Shown here piece by piece: positions 27,083 to 37,541 of a DNA stretch of 46,582 nt. The notes below the pieces were generated by a model. That model saw only the letters and a program-made list of their open reading frames with translations, was not told the origin of the DNA and made no database searches. The DNA is from an uncultured Paludibacter sp. (GTDB lineage: Bacteria > Bacteroidota > Bacteroidia > Bacteroidales > Paludibacteraceae), in contig CAYXQZ010000003.1 in the NCBI GenBank assembly GCA_964466415.1, positions 1 to 46,582 on the forward strand. The letters are read 5' to 3'. Positions within the stretch are counted from its first letter, which is position 1. Every line of letters begins with the position of its first letter. The translations under genes were made by a program, and so were the position numbers.

Positions 27083-28012
27083 ATGAAAACAAAGAAAATT
27101 TTATTTCTAAGCTTTGCGGCAGTTGCCCTACTTTTTAGCTCGTGTAAAACAGAGGAGCCACTTTCGGGAGTAACTCTTGATCAAGCCACATTATCGGTGC
27201 CAGCAGGCGAAACAGCAACACTTGTTGCTACAAATCAACCCAAAGGTGCAGCTGGTACAGTTGCATGGTCAACTTCGGATGCTACTATTGCTACAGTGAA
27301 AGATGGCGTGGTTACAGGTGTGAAAAAAGGAACTGCTAATATAGTTGCTACTGTTGGTACTTTTACAGCTACTTGTGCTGTTACAGTAACAAACACTACT
27401 AACTTTAAAGCATCATTAACAGGAACTGAATATTATCCAATTATTATGGATGGTACTACAGCCAAAGCATTGGGTGCAAAAATTAAAGCCGATTTACGTC
27501 CGGACGAAGCTAATAAGTTCTTGTATATTTGGGACAATACATTTGTAGCTAGTCCAACTACAGGACCAAATTTTTATGGCGAAGTGGAAGCATGGACAGG
27601 TTTATCAGTTGGTACAGTGGGCTGGTCAGGTGCTGGCTTCAATTGTAAAGATGGCGCAGCGCTCGACAAATTAGTTCCAATTACAGCTAATACGGATAAG
27701 TATTATTTACACATTGGTATTAAATCGAAGAGTGCAGGTACATTTCTTATTGGTATGGACGGACAATCAAACGTGAAATTTGCTATTGGACCTAATCCTT
27801 TTAACGATAATGGTGTAATAACTCAACCTTTAGCTGATTTTGACCGTGATGGAGAATGGCACGAAATTGAAATTCCTATGTCAACATTAAAAACTAATGG
27901 CTTGTTGTATAGTACAGGTGCAGTTGATAAAAACGTATTATGGTTCCTTGCAGGAGGTGTTGCAGGAACAACTATTAATCTCGATGCTGTGTTTATCTAC
28001 AAAAAATTGTAA
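27083..28012 (+). CDS. Surface glycan-binding lipoprotein (Big_2 Ig-like domain plus CBM-like domain)
   Basis: Lipobox SSC, WSTSDATIATVKDGVVTG (Big_2), C-terminal DGEWHEIEIP..INLDAVFIY; lies after susD. Confidence 0.8.
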   Translation: MKTKKILFLSFAAVALLFSSCKTEEPLSGVTLDQATLSVPAGETATLVATNQPKGAAGTVAWSTSDATIATVKDGVVTGVKKGTANIVATVGTFTATCAVTVTNTTNFKASLTGTEYYPIIMDGTTAKALGAKIKADLRPDEANKFLYIWDNTFVASPTTGPNFYGEVEAWTGLSVGTVGWSGAGFNCKDGAALDKLVPITANTDKYYLHIGIKSKSAGTFLIGMDGQSNVKFAIGPNPFNDNGVITQPLADFDRDGEWHEIEIPMSTLKTNGLLYSTGAVDKNVLWFLAGGVAGTTINLDAVFIYKKL

Positions 28013-28032
28013 ATTTACAAAACTTTTTTTAG

Positions 28033-28062
28033 GTGTAGCAGGTTTGAATGTATCTGCTACAC
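28033..28062 (+). terminator. Intergenic stem-loop
   Basis: GTGTAGCAG...CTGCTACAC, followed by a T-rich tract. Confidence 0.6.
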
Positions 28063-28088
28063 TACTAATTTTTTAATTCACTAATACT

Positions 28089-29156
28089 ATGTTCACTCAT
28101 AAAATTTGGATATTTGCCTTTTCACTCATTTTAATTGCGTGTAAACCCGATGATCCTATTGTGATGGCAAAAAGTGTAACTCTGGATAAATCTGAAATTA
28201 CCCTCGAAGCTGGCGATTCTATTAACCTGGTTTCCACAATCGACCCTGTGGCAGCTAAACCTGTTATTAAATGGACTTCGAGCAACGAGAAAGTGGCAAC
28301 GGTGGTGAATGGTAAAATTAAAGCATTGCAACGTGGTACTTCTACTATCAAAGTTTCGGTCGATTCTTTATTAACAGCTATTTGTGCTTTAACAGTTACT
28401 AAAACGGATATACCTTATAAACTCGTTTGGTCTGATGAATTTGACGGAACTTCGCTCGACCTAACCAAATGGAATTACGAAACTGGTGGTAATGGTTGGG
28501 GAAATCAAGAAAAGCAGAATTATACCAATCGTCCCGAAAACATTCGGTTGGAAAATGGCAATTTAGTGATCGAAGCCCGCAAAGAAGTTTATCAGACTAA
28601 TAATTATACGTCAGCACGTATCAATACCCGTGATAAAGTGGCTTATGCTTATGGCAAGTTTGAAGCTCGCATTAGCTTGCCTCCAGGTAAAGGCACATGG
28701 TCGGCATTTTGGATGATGGGTTCAAACATTACTTACGCTCGCTGGCCGCTTTGTGGCGAAATTGACATTATGGAACATATTGGATCACAGCCTACTATGT
28801 TGTCGCACGCAACACATACTTACGAAAAAAATGGTACAAGAGGAAATAACTGGCACTATCAAAAGACAGTTGCAGATTTGGAAAATAATTTCCATACTTA
28901 TGCTATTGAATGGGAAGAAAAAGCCAATGAGGGCGATGATAATATTAGTTTTTACATTGATGGGGTAAAAAGCACAACTGTTTGGGAGCAACATGTAAAT
29001 TCCGACGACAAACTTTGGCCATTCAAAAATGATTTTTTTGTTTTACTCAATCTGGCTATTGGTGGAACAATGGGTGGTTCAATTGATGATGCCATTTTCA
29101 ATAATCCAATTTTAATGAAGGTAGATTACGTTCGTATCTATCAACGCAAAAAATAA
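28089..29156 (+). CDS. GH16 endo-beta-1,3-glucanase (laminarinase-type) lipoprotein with Big_2 domain
   Basis: Lipobox IAC, LVWSDEFDG, GWGNQE, YTSAR, WSAFWM, catalytic GEIDIME, LLNLAIGG, VDYVRIYQ. Confidence 0.95.
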   Translation: MFTHKIWIFAFSLILIACKPDDPIVMAKSVTLDKSEITLEAGDSINLVSTIDPVAAKPVIKWTSSNEKVATVVNGKIKALQRGTSTIKVSVDSLLTAICALTVTKTDIPYKLVWSDEFDGTSLDLTKWNYETGGNGWGNQEKQNYTNRPENIRLENGNLVIEARKEVYQTNNYTSARINTRDKVAYAYGKFEARISLPPGKGTWSAFWMMGSNITYARWPLCGEIDIMEHIGSQPTMLSHATHTYEKNGTRGNNWHYQKTVADLENNFHTYAIEWEEKANEGDDNISFYIDGVKSTTVWEQHVNSDDKLWPFKNDFFVLLNLAIGGTMGGSIDDAIFNNPILMKVDYVRIYQRKK

Positions 29157-29253
29157 TTAGTTTTTTTATTGGTTGTTTGGTATACAATCACTTATGCTGA
29201 ATGTATGAAGATATTTTAGCTAAGTGATTGTATTTTTTTTAAAATTTATAACT

Positions 29254-31491
29254 ATGATCAACTTAAAATCAATAGTACTACTTACATTTGTAGCTGTATT
29301 ATGTTCTCAGTGCTTGAAAGTCAAACTCACTACCGAAGAAAAAATTGACAAACTGATAAGTGAAATGACGCTCGACGAAAAAATTGGGCAAATGAATCAA
29401 CTAACTGGCATGGGCTTATCCGCCGATATGAAGCAACAGCTAAAGGAAGGAAAAGTTGGTTCCATTCTTAACGAAGTAGATGTAACTATTATAAATGAAC
29501 TTCAACGTATTGCTGTTGAGGAGTCTCGTTTGGGTATTCCGCTTATTTTTGGGCGTGACGTAATTCACGGTTACAAAACTATTTTCCCCATACCACTCGG
29601 GCAAGCTGCAAGTTGGGACCCTACGATTGCTGAATCAGGAGCACGCATAGCCGCTCAGGAAGCCTCGTCGGTAGGAATAAGATGGACATTTGCTCCAATG
29701 GTGGACGTTACGCGCGACCCACGTTGGGGACGCATTGCCGAGTCGTGTGGCGAAGATCCTTACCTGACTTCGATAATGGGAGCGGCTATGGTGAAAGGTT
29801 TTCAGGGCGACGACTTATCAAATCCCAACTCAATAGCCGCTTGTGCCAAACATTTTGCGGGTTATGGTGCTGCCGAAGCCGGCAAAGATTACAATACAAC
29901 TTGGATTCCCGAGCCACAATTGCGCGATGTATTTTTACCTCCGTTTAAAGCAGCTGTCGATGCTGGTGCTGCTACATTTATGTGTTCATTTAACGATATA
30001 AACGGAGTACCATCGTCGGGTAATAAGTATTTGAACCGTACCATTTTGCGCGACGAATGGAAGTTTGATGGTATGTTGGTAAGCGACTGGGGTTCGATAG
30101 ATCAGATGATAACCCATGGAGTTTGTGCCAATCAGAAAGATGCTGCCGAAAAAGCTGTTGATGCTGGTGTGGATATGGATATGATGGGTTTGGTGTATAT
30201 CAACCATATTAAATCGCTTATTGAAGATGGTAAACTATCCGAAAAAATGATTGATGATGCCGTGCGCAATATTTTGCGAATAAAATTCAGACTTGGACTT
30301 TTCGAAAATCCATATACAAAACCTGATTCCACTTCGTTTTACAAACCCGAAGCATTAGCAGCTGCCAAATATGCCGCTGAGGAAAGTGCTGTATTGTTGA
30401 AAAACAACAAGCTACTTCCGCTCGATACACGCTTTAAAACCATAGCAGTGGTTGGCCCTATGGCTGATGCTGCTTTGGAACAATTTGGCACTTGGAGTTT
30501 CGATGCTGAGCCAGCTCACGCTATAACTCCATTAGCAGCTATAAAAGAAATGTATGGAAATGAATATAAAATCATTGCTGAACCCGGGCTTACATTTAGT
30601 CGCGACAGCAATGTTTTAAATGTAAAAAAAGCAGTTGCAGCAGCTCAAAAAGCGGATGTGGTGCTGTTATTTGCTGGCGAAGAAGCAATTCTTTCGGGCG
30701 AAGCGCATTGCCGTGCCGATATAAGTTTGCCTGGATTGCAAAACCAATTGATAGCAGAACTTAAAAAAACAGGAAAACCCATTGTGTTAGTGGTTATGGC
30801 CGGGCGTCCGCTTACCATCGAGAAGCAAATCAGCGAATCGGATGCCGTGTTATATGCGTTTCATGGAGGTACAATGGCCGGACCTGCGTTGGCCGACTTG
30901 ATTTTTGGAAAAGTTGTGCCATCAGGTAAACTTCCGGTGAGTTTCCCCCGCATGGTGGGACAAATTCCAGTGTATTATGCCCACAAAAATACAGGCCGAC
31001 CAGGAACTAATTTTGTGACCATCGATAAAATTCCAATTGGCGTTTTTCAAACATCACTCGGAAATACCAGCTTCCACCTCGATGCCGGCGATAAACCAAT
31101 GTATCCTTTCGGTTACGGGCTTTCGTACAGCACGTTTGAATATTCAAAGGTAAAATTATCTGCTAAAGATATTAAAATGGATGGCACAATTACAGCCGAA
31201 TGCACTGTGAAAAACACTGGAAAGTACGATGCCAAAGAAGTAGTTCAACTATATGTGCGCGATCTTGTAGCTTCATTGGCTCGCCCTGTACGTGAGCTAA
31301 AAGGTTTCCAAAAAATTGAATTAAAAGTAGGCGAAAGCAAAACTGTTAAGTTTGAGATTAAACCTTCTGAGCTCGGTTTTTGGAATTTGGAAAATAACTA
31401 TGTAACAGAACCCGGCGAGTTTCGGGTTTGGATTTCGAAAGACAGTCAGAGTGGAGAACCGGTTTCGTTTAATTTTAGAAATCACCCTTAA
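29254..31491 (+). CDS. bglX: GH3 beta-glucosidase
   Basis: MTLDEKIGQM, DVIHG, RDPRWGR, AKHFAGYG, nucleophile VSDW, PFGYGLSY, C-terminal Fn3-like EVVQLY..PVRELKGF. Confidence 0.95.
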   Translation: MINLKSIVLLTFVAVLCSQCLKVKLTTEEKIDKLISEMTLDEKIGQMNQLTGMGLSADMKQQLKEGKVGSILNEVDVTIINELQRIAVEESRLGIPLIFGRDVIHGYKTIFPIPLGQAASWDPTIAESGARIAAQEASSVGIRWTFAPMVDVTRDPRWGRIAESCGEDPYLTSIMGAAMVKGFQGDDLSNPNSIAACAKHFAGYGAAEAGKDYNTTWIPEPQLRDVFLPPFKAAVDAGAATFMCSFNDINGVPSSGNKYLNRTILRDEWKFDGMLVSDWGSIDQMITHGVCANQKDAAEKAVDAGVDMDMMGLVYINHIKSLIEDGKLSEKMIDDAVRNILRIKFRLGLFENPYTKPDSTSFYKPEALAAAKYAAEESAVLLKNNKLLPLDTRFKTIAVVGPMADAALEQFGTWSFDAEPAHAITPLAAIKEMYGNEYKIIAEPGLTFSRDSNVLNVKKAVAAAQKADVVLLFAGEEAILSGEAHCRADISLPGLQNQLIAELKKTGKPIVLVVMAGRPLTIEKQISESDAVLYAFHGGTMAGPALADLIFGKVVPSGKLPVSFPRMVGQIPVYYAHKNTGRPGTNFVTIDKIPIGVFQTSLGNTSFHLDAGDKPMYPFGYGLSYSTFEYSKVKLSAKDIKMDGTITAECTVKNTGKYDAKEVVQLYVRDLVASLARPVRELKGFQKIELKVGESKTVKFEIKPSELGFWNLENNYVTEPGEFRVWISKDSQSGEPVSFNFRNHP

Positions 31492-32690
31492 ATTTTCGCT
31501 TTCATATCAATTTCCACATTAATAAAGGAACCATTACGTTCAATAATGAGTTTTAAAGGATGCTTGGATGGTGTTTCGAAATAGTGCCTTATTTCGGAAG
31601 ATTTGGACCCGAAGGTTTTTTCATTGTTTACTTCTACAAGTATATCGCCAAGTTGAATGCCGGCTTTTTGCGCTGGTGAGTCTTTCCAAACATTGATTAC
31701 TTCTACTTGAGGTAAAAATCCGGTTGACATGTCAATTTCTATCCCAGCTATATTATAAGTAAATGGCTTTTTGAACGAAGCATTTGGCTTGAAATAAAAT
31801 TTGCGGTTAGGCGTGTCGATAAACAAATTAAATCGACTAAGAAGTTGAGCGCCAATGGTGCCATCGCGATCGGTAGTACGAGCGATTTCTGCTATGGAGG
31901 AGGAGTCAGGAAATGCGACAATGGGATTTCGAACACAAAAATCGGCTATGCAAAGTTGCGGAACACGGGCATAAACACCATTTATTTCGCCACTCAATCC
32001 TTCGCCAATTCTACCTCGAATCGATTTTTCGGGAATGCTAACCGCTTTATTAGTAAGTGTTTCGAACCAAGCAGTAAGTTCAGCACCAGTATCAATTAGC
32101 ATTTTAATGTTTTGGCGAGCCGTATCGGTTTCGAGTACCGAAAGTTGAATATACATTTTTTGTCGATGGAGCGTCATGGGCATTACGCCATAGCCTTTGG
32201 GAGCTTTAAATTCTTCGTTTTTATAAAATCGTAGGCGCTGTTGCGAGTAATCAATTTGTACAATATAATCCCTGAAAAAATCAACGCCTATCAGCCCATT
32301 AATTTTCTCACCTATTTGTCTTGATAAATTAAAAAGGTCTTCTTTAAAAGCATAAACCATGCGGTTAGCGAGTTTAATTTTCCCTACTTGAACAGTATTA
32401 TTGTTGCTTTCGTAAGCCATCAAACTTTTACCTGAACCTAGGCCTTGTAAATCGCGCAGTTCACCCAGGTTTAAATCCATGCTATCTTCTGGAAACAACT
32501 GTGTTACAATAGTATAGCGCAGCCCGCTATCCAGTATCATTTTGAGTTTCGACGAGTTGTTTATTTTTGTTTCAACCACAATATAGCTGCCTACCATTTC
32601 GAAAGGAATAGTAGCAACGAGCGTGTTTTTTGCCAAAACATTTCCCGAAAAATAGATAATAGCTATCCAGAAAAGCGTTATTTTGTTCAT
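31488..32690 (-). CDS. Double-domain retropepsin-like aspartyl protease with C-terminal PDZ domain
   Basis: Signal peptide from MNKITLF, two catalytic motifs (ILDSG, LIDTGA), PDZ motif DSPAQKAGIQLGDILVEVN. Confidence 0.88.
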   Translation of the reverse strand: MNKITLFWIAIIYFSGNVLAKNTLVATIPFEMVGSYIVVETKINNSSKLKMILDSGLRYTIVTQLFPEDSMDLNLGELRDLQGLGSGKSLMAYESNNNTVQVGKIKLANRMVYAFKEDLFNLSRQIGEKINGLIGVDFFRDYIVQIDYSQQRLRFYKNEEFKAPKGYGVMPMTLHRQKMYIQLSVLETDTARQNIKMLIDTGAELTAWFETLTNKAVSIPEKSIRGRIGEGLSGEINGVYARVPQLCIADFCVRNPIVAFPDSSSIAEIARTTDRDGTIGAQLLSRFNLFIDTPNRKFYFKPNASFKKPFTYNIAGIEIDMSTGFLPQVEVINVWKDSPAQKAGIQLGDILVEVNNEKTFGSKSSEIRHYFETPSKHPLKLIIERNGSFINVEIDMKAKI

Positions 32691-32745
32691 CGCAGAGCAA
32701 ACAAGGATTAACATGCGAAGATACAAAAATATCAGCATTGTTTGT

Positions 32746-32753
32746 TATCTTTG
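32746..32753 (+). promoter_or_regulatory. -7 promoter element for xerD
   Basis: TATCTTTG, 17 nt before ATG 32771. Confidence 0.6.
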
Positions 32754-32770
32754 CAAAGCAAAAACTAAAA

Positions 32771-33676
32771 ATGCGTGCCATGTTATCAATTCACGACGAA
32801 TATCACTTATATCTCAAGTTGGAGAAGGGGCTATCGTCGCATTCGGTTGATGCGTATGAACGCGATTTAAGTAAGTTGACTGTGTTTTTGAAAGATGCTG
32901 GTTTAACGCATGAGGCAGCTACAACCGATGTTTTACGCGATTTTGTTATCGAAATTGCTAATATTGGCATTCATCCTCGGTCGCAGGCACGAATATTATC
33001 GGGTATAAAATCGTTTTATCATTTTTTGGTTTACAAAAATAAGTTGGACAACGACCCCACTGAATTGCTCGAAAGCCCTAAAATTGGACTTTACCTGCCC
33101 GAAGTGCTTACAACCGACGAAATTGATGCTATTGTGCAGTGTATCGACCTCTCGAAACCGCTTGGACAGCGAAATAAAGCCATTGTTGAAACGCTTTACG
33201 GCTCAGGTTTGCGCGTTACGGAGCTTATAAATTTACAATTATCGCGCATTAATATTCAGGAAGGTTATATGTTGGTCGAAGGTAAAGGGAGCAAACAGCG
33301 CTTAGTGCCGCTATCGCCAACCTCTATACTGCAAATCGAAAATTGGTTGTTGGATAGGAATTTAATGCAAATAAAAAAGGGAAACGAGGATTTTTTATTT
33401 CTCAATCAGCGTGGAGCCAAGTTAACGCGAGCTATGATTTTCGAAATTGTAAAAGTGCTAACCGAACAGGCTGGAATCCGTAAAAAAGTGAGTCCGCATA
33501 CGTTCCGACATTCATTTGCCACACATTTGCTCGAGAACGGAGCCAACCTTCGTGCCATTCAGCAATTGCTTGGTCATGAGTCCATTACCACAACCGAACT
33601 CTATACGCATATTGATGTTAAAATGCTTCGAAATACCATTTTGGAATTTCATCCGTTGAATAAAAAGAATCAATGA
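32771..33676 (+). CDS. xerD: Site-specific tyrosine recombinase XerD
   Basis: LKLEKGLS, LPEVL, YGSGLRVTEL, GKGSKQRLVP, SPHTFRHSFATHLLENGA, LLGHESITTTELYTH. Confidence 0.92.
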   Translation: MRAMLSIHDEYHLYLKLEKGLSSHSVDAYERDLSKLTVFLKDAGLTHEAATTDVLRDFVIEIANIGIHPRSQARILSGIKSFYHFLVYKNKLDNDPTELLESPKIGLYLPEVLTTDEIDAIVQCIDLSKPLGQRNKAIVETLYGSGLRVTELINLQLSRINIQEGYMLVEGKGSKQRLVPLSPTSILQIENWLLDRNLMQIKKGNEDFLFLNQRGAKLTRAMIFEIVKVLTEQAGIRKKVSPHTFRHSFATHLLENGANLRAIQQLLGHESITTTELYTHIDVKMLRNTILEFHPLNKKNQ

Positions 33677-36069
33677 ACCACAATAGGCACATAAGAATAT
33701 TTTCAATGGCAATTTTATTGCTGTTTCTATCTTTGCGCCTCACTGCTCAAGAAACCCTCGCTGTAGGGCAAGTGCTCGATGCTGTAGAGAAAACGCCTAT
33801 TGCCAATGTAAATATTTGGTTCAAAAATACGGGTATTGGCATTAAAAGCAACGACGAAGGTTTTTATATGATTCGGACATCGGGCACCGAAACAACACTT
33901 GTTTTTTCGTGTGTGGGCTATCGTACCAAAGAGTTTAAATTGCAAGTGGGTAAATCCGTTGGTATGCAAGTGGAACTGCAACAAGTGAATACCGAATTGC
34001 AAGAAGTTTTTGTATTGCCAGGGACTAATCCTGCTTTGGAATTAATCAAGCGCGTACGACTAGCCAAAGCTCGCAATAATGTGCGTGGCGATGCCAGTTA
34101 TAAAACCGAAATCAATGAACAACGCTTGGTTTTATTAGCCAAAGTTAATCAGCGGACGGTGAATAAACGCATTTTTGAGCAATTAGCAGCAGGTGCCATC
34201 AGCAAACAGGATTCGCTGCTTACGTTGCCACTGTTTATGTCCGATAAAAAGTTTAGCATTGCAGATAAATCGAAAACGCTTTTATCCACCAATAATTTTA
34301 GTTCCACGCCACAAAACGAACGTATATTGGAACAGCTTTCGGGCGACTTTAGTGCCGACCTTAATTTTTATCAAGCCAATGTAATGTTGTTCGACAAAGC
34401 ATTTATAAGTCCACTATCGGATGCTGGAAATGCTTTTTACAATTACTATTTGATAGATAGTACAAATACTATTTATGGCAAAGAATATAAACTGCATTTC
34501 CGAACTAAAAACACTAAAAATCTAGCTTTTAATGGTACTCTGCTTGTTGATTCGAACACCATGGCTATCAAAAAAATGGATTTAGAATTACCACGACAAG
34601 CCAACCTCAATTTTGTAAAAAACCTCCATATCTCGCAAACTTTTCGGTTGCAAAACCAACAATTCTGGATGCCCGATAGTGGAAATATTTCGGTTAATAT
34701 GACTTATGATTTATTGACTGACAGTACACAAACCAAACCGCTCCTTTTCCTGAAAAACAGTTTCGTAACACAAACCACCACTTTTACACCTGCATTGAAG
34801 AATTTTGCTGGAAGCAATTATGAAACCACCGAACTCAACGAAAAATTGCAGCAACTGAACGAAACTTCCATTATGCGTACTGCCCGATGGCTTGCCGATG
34901 TACTGCTGACGGGTTATATGCAAGTTGGCAAAGTGGATGTTGGTAAAATTCAGAACATTGCACGTATAACTGATATGGAAGGTTTCCGCCTTACTGCGCC
35001 TGTAAGGACCAACGAAACACTCTGGAAAAATATTTGCTTGGGCGGATATGGCGGTTATGGTTTTCGGAACCAAGCGCTTTCGTATTCGGCCTTTGGCATG
35101 GCTAAACTGCCTTTTGGTAAACGAAATATCTTTGGACTAAGTTATACCGACGATTATAAGCGCATCGATTACGATTACAACGATTTTCTGTTGCGCGAAA
35201 ACCCTCTTGTGAGTGGCGACGAAGATATTGTTAATACCGTATTGGCTTTTCGCTCGTCCGATAAAGTGAGTCGTAGACACGAGTTTGCTGCTTCATTTAC
35301 AGCCGACCTAAACGAAGATATCGAAACAGGATTTTATTTCCGTTCGAATCGTATTTTGGCATCGCCAACGCTTCAATTTGCATCAGGGACTAATACATTT
35401 AACGAAATAAAACAGCAATCAATTACGCTTACAGGTCGTTTTTCGTTCGACGAACACGTATTTAACGACCACCTGCAACGTATTTATGCTACCAGTTATA
35501 AACCCGTTATTTATACTTCGATACATGCTGGTAATTATGCAGTTGGAACTTTAACGGGAAATTATGCCAAAGTCACAGCCACCGTTAAGCAGTTTGTTAA
35601 ATTTGGAATTGGACAATGGAATTATGCCTTCGAAGGTGGTGCCATTTTAGGAAAAGTGCCCTATATGCTGCTCGAAACACCTGCAGGCTCCGAAACCGAT
35701 GGCTATAAACGTTATCAGTTTACCTGTATGAATTACATGGAATTTGCTGCCGATAAATATGTGTCCTTGCACAACGAATTAAATTTCAATGGGTTTATGT
35801 TGAACAATATACCACTTATCAAGCATCTCAATTTGCGCGAGCTGATGAGTTTTAAACTATTCTATGGCACATTGAGCAATAAACATTCGCAAATACTGGA
35901 CATGCCAACCACTATTTATACTACCAACACACCTTATATGGAAATGGGAGTAGGAGTCAGCAATATCCTACGACTTTTCACACTACAATCCGTTTGGCGC
36001 CTCACCAACCTCAACCATCCTGGAGTTCAGCGCTGGGGATTACGCGCCAGTATTCGGGTTAGTTTTTGA
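33673..36069 (+). CDS. CarboxypepD_reg-like plus DUF5686 outer-membrane beta-barrel protein
   Basis: Signal peptide, FSCVGY, NPALELIK, FISPL, EFAADKY, PYMEMGVGVSNI, terminal Phe. Confidence 0.85.
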   Translation: MNHNRHIRIFSMAILLLFLSLRLTAQETLAVGQVLDAVEKTPIANVNIWFKNTGIGIKSNDEGFYMIRTSGTETTLVFSCVGYRTKEFKLQVGKSVGMQVELQQVNTELQEVFVLPGTNPALELIKRVRLAKARNNVRGDASYKTEINEQRLVLLAKVNQRTVNKRIFEQLAAGAISKQDSLLTLPLFMSDKKFSIADKSKTLLSTNNFSSTPQNERILEQLSGDFSADLNFYQANVMLFDKAFISPLSDAGNAFYNYYLIDSTNTIYGKEYKLHFRTKNTKNLAFNGTLLVDSNTMAIKKMDLELPRQANLNFVKNLHISQTFRLQNQQFWMPDSGNISVNMTYDLLTDSTQTKPLLFLKNSFVTQTTTFTPALKNFAGSNYETTELNEKLQQLNETSIMRTARWLADVLLTGYMQVGKVDVGKIQNIARITDMEGFRLTAPVRTNETLWKNICLGGYGGYGFRNQALSYSAFGMAKLPFGKRNIFGLSYTDDYKRIDYDYNDFLLRENPLVSGDEDIVNTVLAFRSSDKVSRRHEFAASFTADLNEDIETGFYFRSNRILASPTLQFASGTNTFNEIKQQSITLTGRFSFDEHVFNDHLQRIYATSYKPVIYTSIHAGNYAVGTLTGNYAKVTATVKQFVKFGIGQWNYAFEGGAILGKVPYMLLETPAGSETDGYKRYQFTCMNYMEFAADKYVSLHNELNFNGFMLNNIPLIKHLNLRELMSFKLFYGTLSNKHSQILDMPTTIYTTNTPYMEMGVGVSNILRLFTLQSVWRLTNLNHPGVQRWGLRASIRVSF

Positions 36070-36128
36070 TACTTGAATAAAGTAACGTTCAATTTCAAAC
36101 TTTCCTAAGTAGTCATATATTTAAATTT

Positions 36129-36210
36129 TAATATGAAAAATAAATAGCTTATAATATGTAAAATGAATTATATATAATATGTAAAATGTAAATGATGTAA
36201 TATGTAAAAT
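36129..36210 (+). repeat. Four iteron-like 13-bp direct repeats at a 23-bp period
   Basis: TAATATG(T/A)AAAAT at 36129, 36152, 36175 and 36198. Confidence 0.9.
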
Positions 36211-36218
36211 ATATTTCG

Positions 36219-36226
36219 TATCTTTG
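36219..36226 (+). promoter_or_regulatory. -7 promoter element for the AAA_14/DUF4143 gene
   Basis: TATCTTTG, 8 nt after the last repeat. Confidence 0.7.
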
Positions 36227-36263
36227 CATCAAAATTGCATTATAAACTACTCATTTATTAACT

Positions 36264-37517
36264 ATGGCATACCTAAAACGCATAACCGACACTGAACTTG
36301 AGCGTAAGTTACAAGCAGTTGGAGCTATATTAATTCGTGGTGCTAAAGCGTGTGGAAAAACTGAATCGGCAAGGCAATATTCGAAAAGTGTATTGGAAGT
36401 TGATACCGATCCACAAGTTCCGTTGCTAATTGAAACTGCGCCTAGTCGCCTATTGCTTGGAAATTCACCTCGCCTCTTAGATGAGTGGCAAGAACAACCT
36501 ATACTTTGGAATCTTGTTCGTCACGAAGTGGACAAACGCGCCATACCCGCTCAATTTATTCTTACCGGTTCGGCAAATCCCGACGAAAAAGCTAAAAAAC
36601 ACTCTGGTGCCGGTAGATTTACTACACTAGATATGCGCACCATGAGTTGGCAAGAGCTTGGATATTCAACTGGAAAAATTAGCCTGAAAGTTCTTTTGGA
36701 GGGAGTTAGAATTGATGTACAGGACGAAACAACTGATTTAGAATTTATTATTGAAAAAATTATTATTGGTGGTTTTCCTGGTTTGATAAACAAAAGTATT
36801 TCACAAGCTACTGATATAAATCGTGCCTATATCAATTTACTTGCCGAAGCAGATATGAGCCGCGTATCTGATATGAAGCGCGACCCTGCAAAAGTGCTAA
36901 ACCTGCTTCGGTCGTTAGCAAGAAACACTGCAACAACCATTGAAACTACCTCAATCGAAGCAGATATCTTTGAGAAGGAAAATGTAAGAATTTCACGCCC
37001 CACAATTTACGATTATCTCGACACACTTGAAAGGTTGATGATAGTTGAGAATCAGCCGGCATGGAATACACATTTACGTTCATCTGCTCAACTCAGAAAA
37101 TCATCAAAACGACACTTTACCGATGTTTCGCTTGCTGTTGCCGCACTTGGTGCTACAAAAAAATCGTTGCTTGCCGACCTAAAATTCACTGGTTTTTTGT
37201 TTGAGTCGCTTGCAGTACATGAACTAAGAGTTTATGCACAAGCTAATGATGCGAGTGTATTTCATTATCGCGATTCTACCAATTTGGAAGTAGATGCTAT
37301 AGTACAAAAATATTCGGGTGAGTATGCTGCTTTCGAAATTAAACTCGGCATAGGACAAATTGATGCTGCTGCTACAAATCTCAAAAAATTTGCATCGGTG
37401 ATTGACACTTCGAAAACACAACCGCCTAAGTCATTAAACATTATTACGGGCACTGGTATGAGTTTTACTCGTACTGACGGTATAAATGTTATTTCGCTTG
37501 CTTCGCTTGGGGTCTAA
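36264..37517 (+). CDS. AAA_14/DUF4143 ATP-binding protein with C-terminal PD-(D/E)xK-like domain
   Basis: Walker A GAKACGKT, Walker B LLDEWQ, FILTGS, HSGAGR, GGFP, GFLFES, YRD..LEVDAIV...FEIKLG. Confidence 0.9.
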   Translation: MAYLKRITDTELERKLQAVGAILIRGAKACGKTESARQYSKSVLEVDTDPQVPLLIETAPSRLLLGNSPRLLDEWQEQPILWNLVRHEVDKRAIPAQFILTGSANPDEKAKKHSGAGRFTTLDMRTMSWQELGYSTGKISLKVLLEGVRIDVQDETTDLEFIIEKIIIGGFPGLINKSISQATDINRAYINLLAEADMSRVSDMKRDPAKVLNLLRSLARNTATTIETTSIEADIFEKENVRISRPTIYDYLDTLERLMIVENQPAWNTHLRSSAQLRKSSKRHFTDVSLAVAALGATKKSLLADLKFTGFLFESLAVHELRVYAQANDASVFHYRDSTNLEVDAIVQKYSGEYAAFEIKLGIGQIDAAATNLKKFASVIDTSKTQPPKSLNIITGTGMSFTRTDGINVISLASLGV

Positions 37518-37541
37518 TGACGAAACATACAAAACATGTTT

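Noticed and set aside
32771-33676. Tyrosine recombinase as the integrase of a mobile element or of the 42.8-45.2 kb repeat mosaic
   Set aside because: Size, motifs and housekeeping context fit chromosomal XerD. It is 9 kb from the mosaic, and no att or dif-like site was recognised.
36129-36210. Possible mini-CRISPR array
   Set aside because: 13-bp repeats and 10-bp spacers are far too short, and no cas genes are present.
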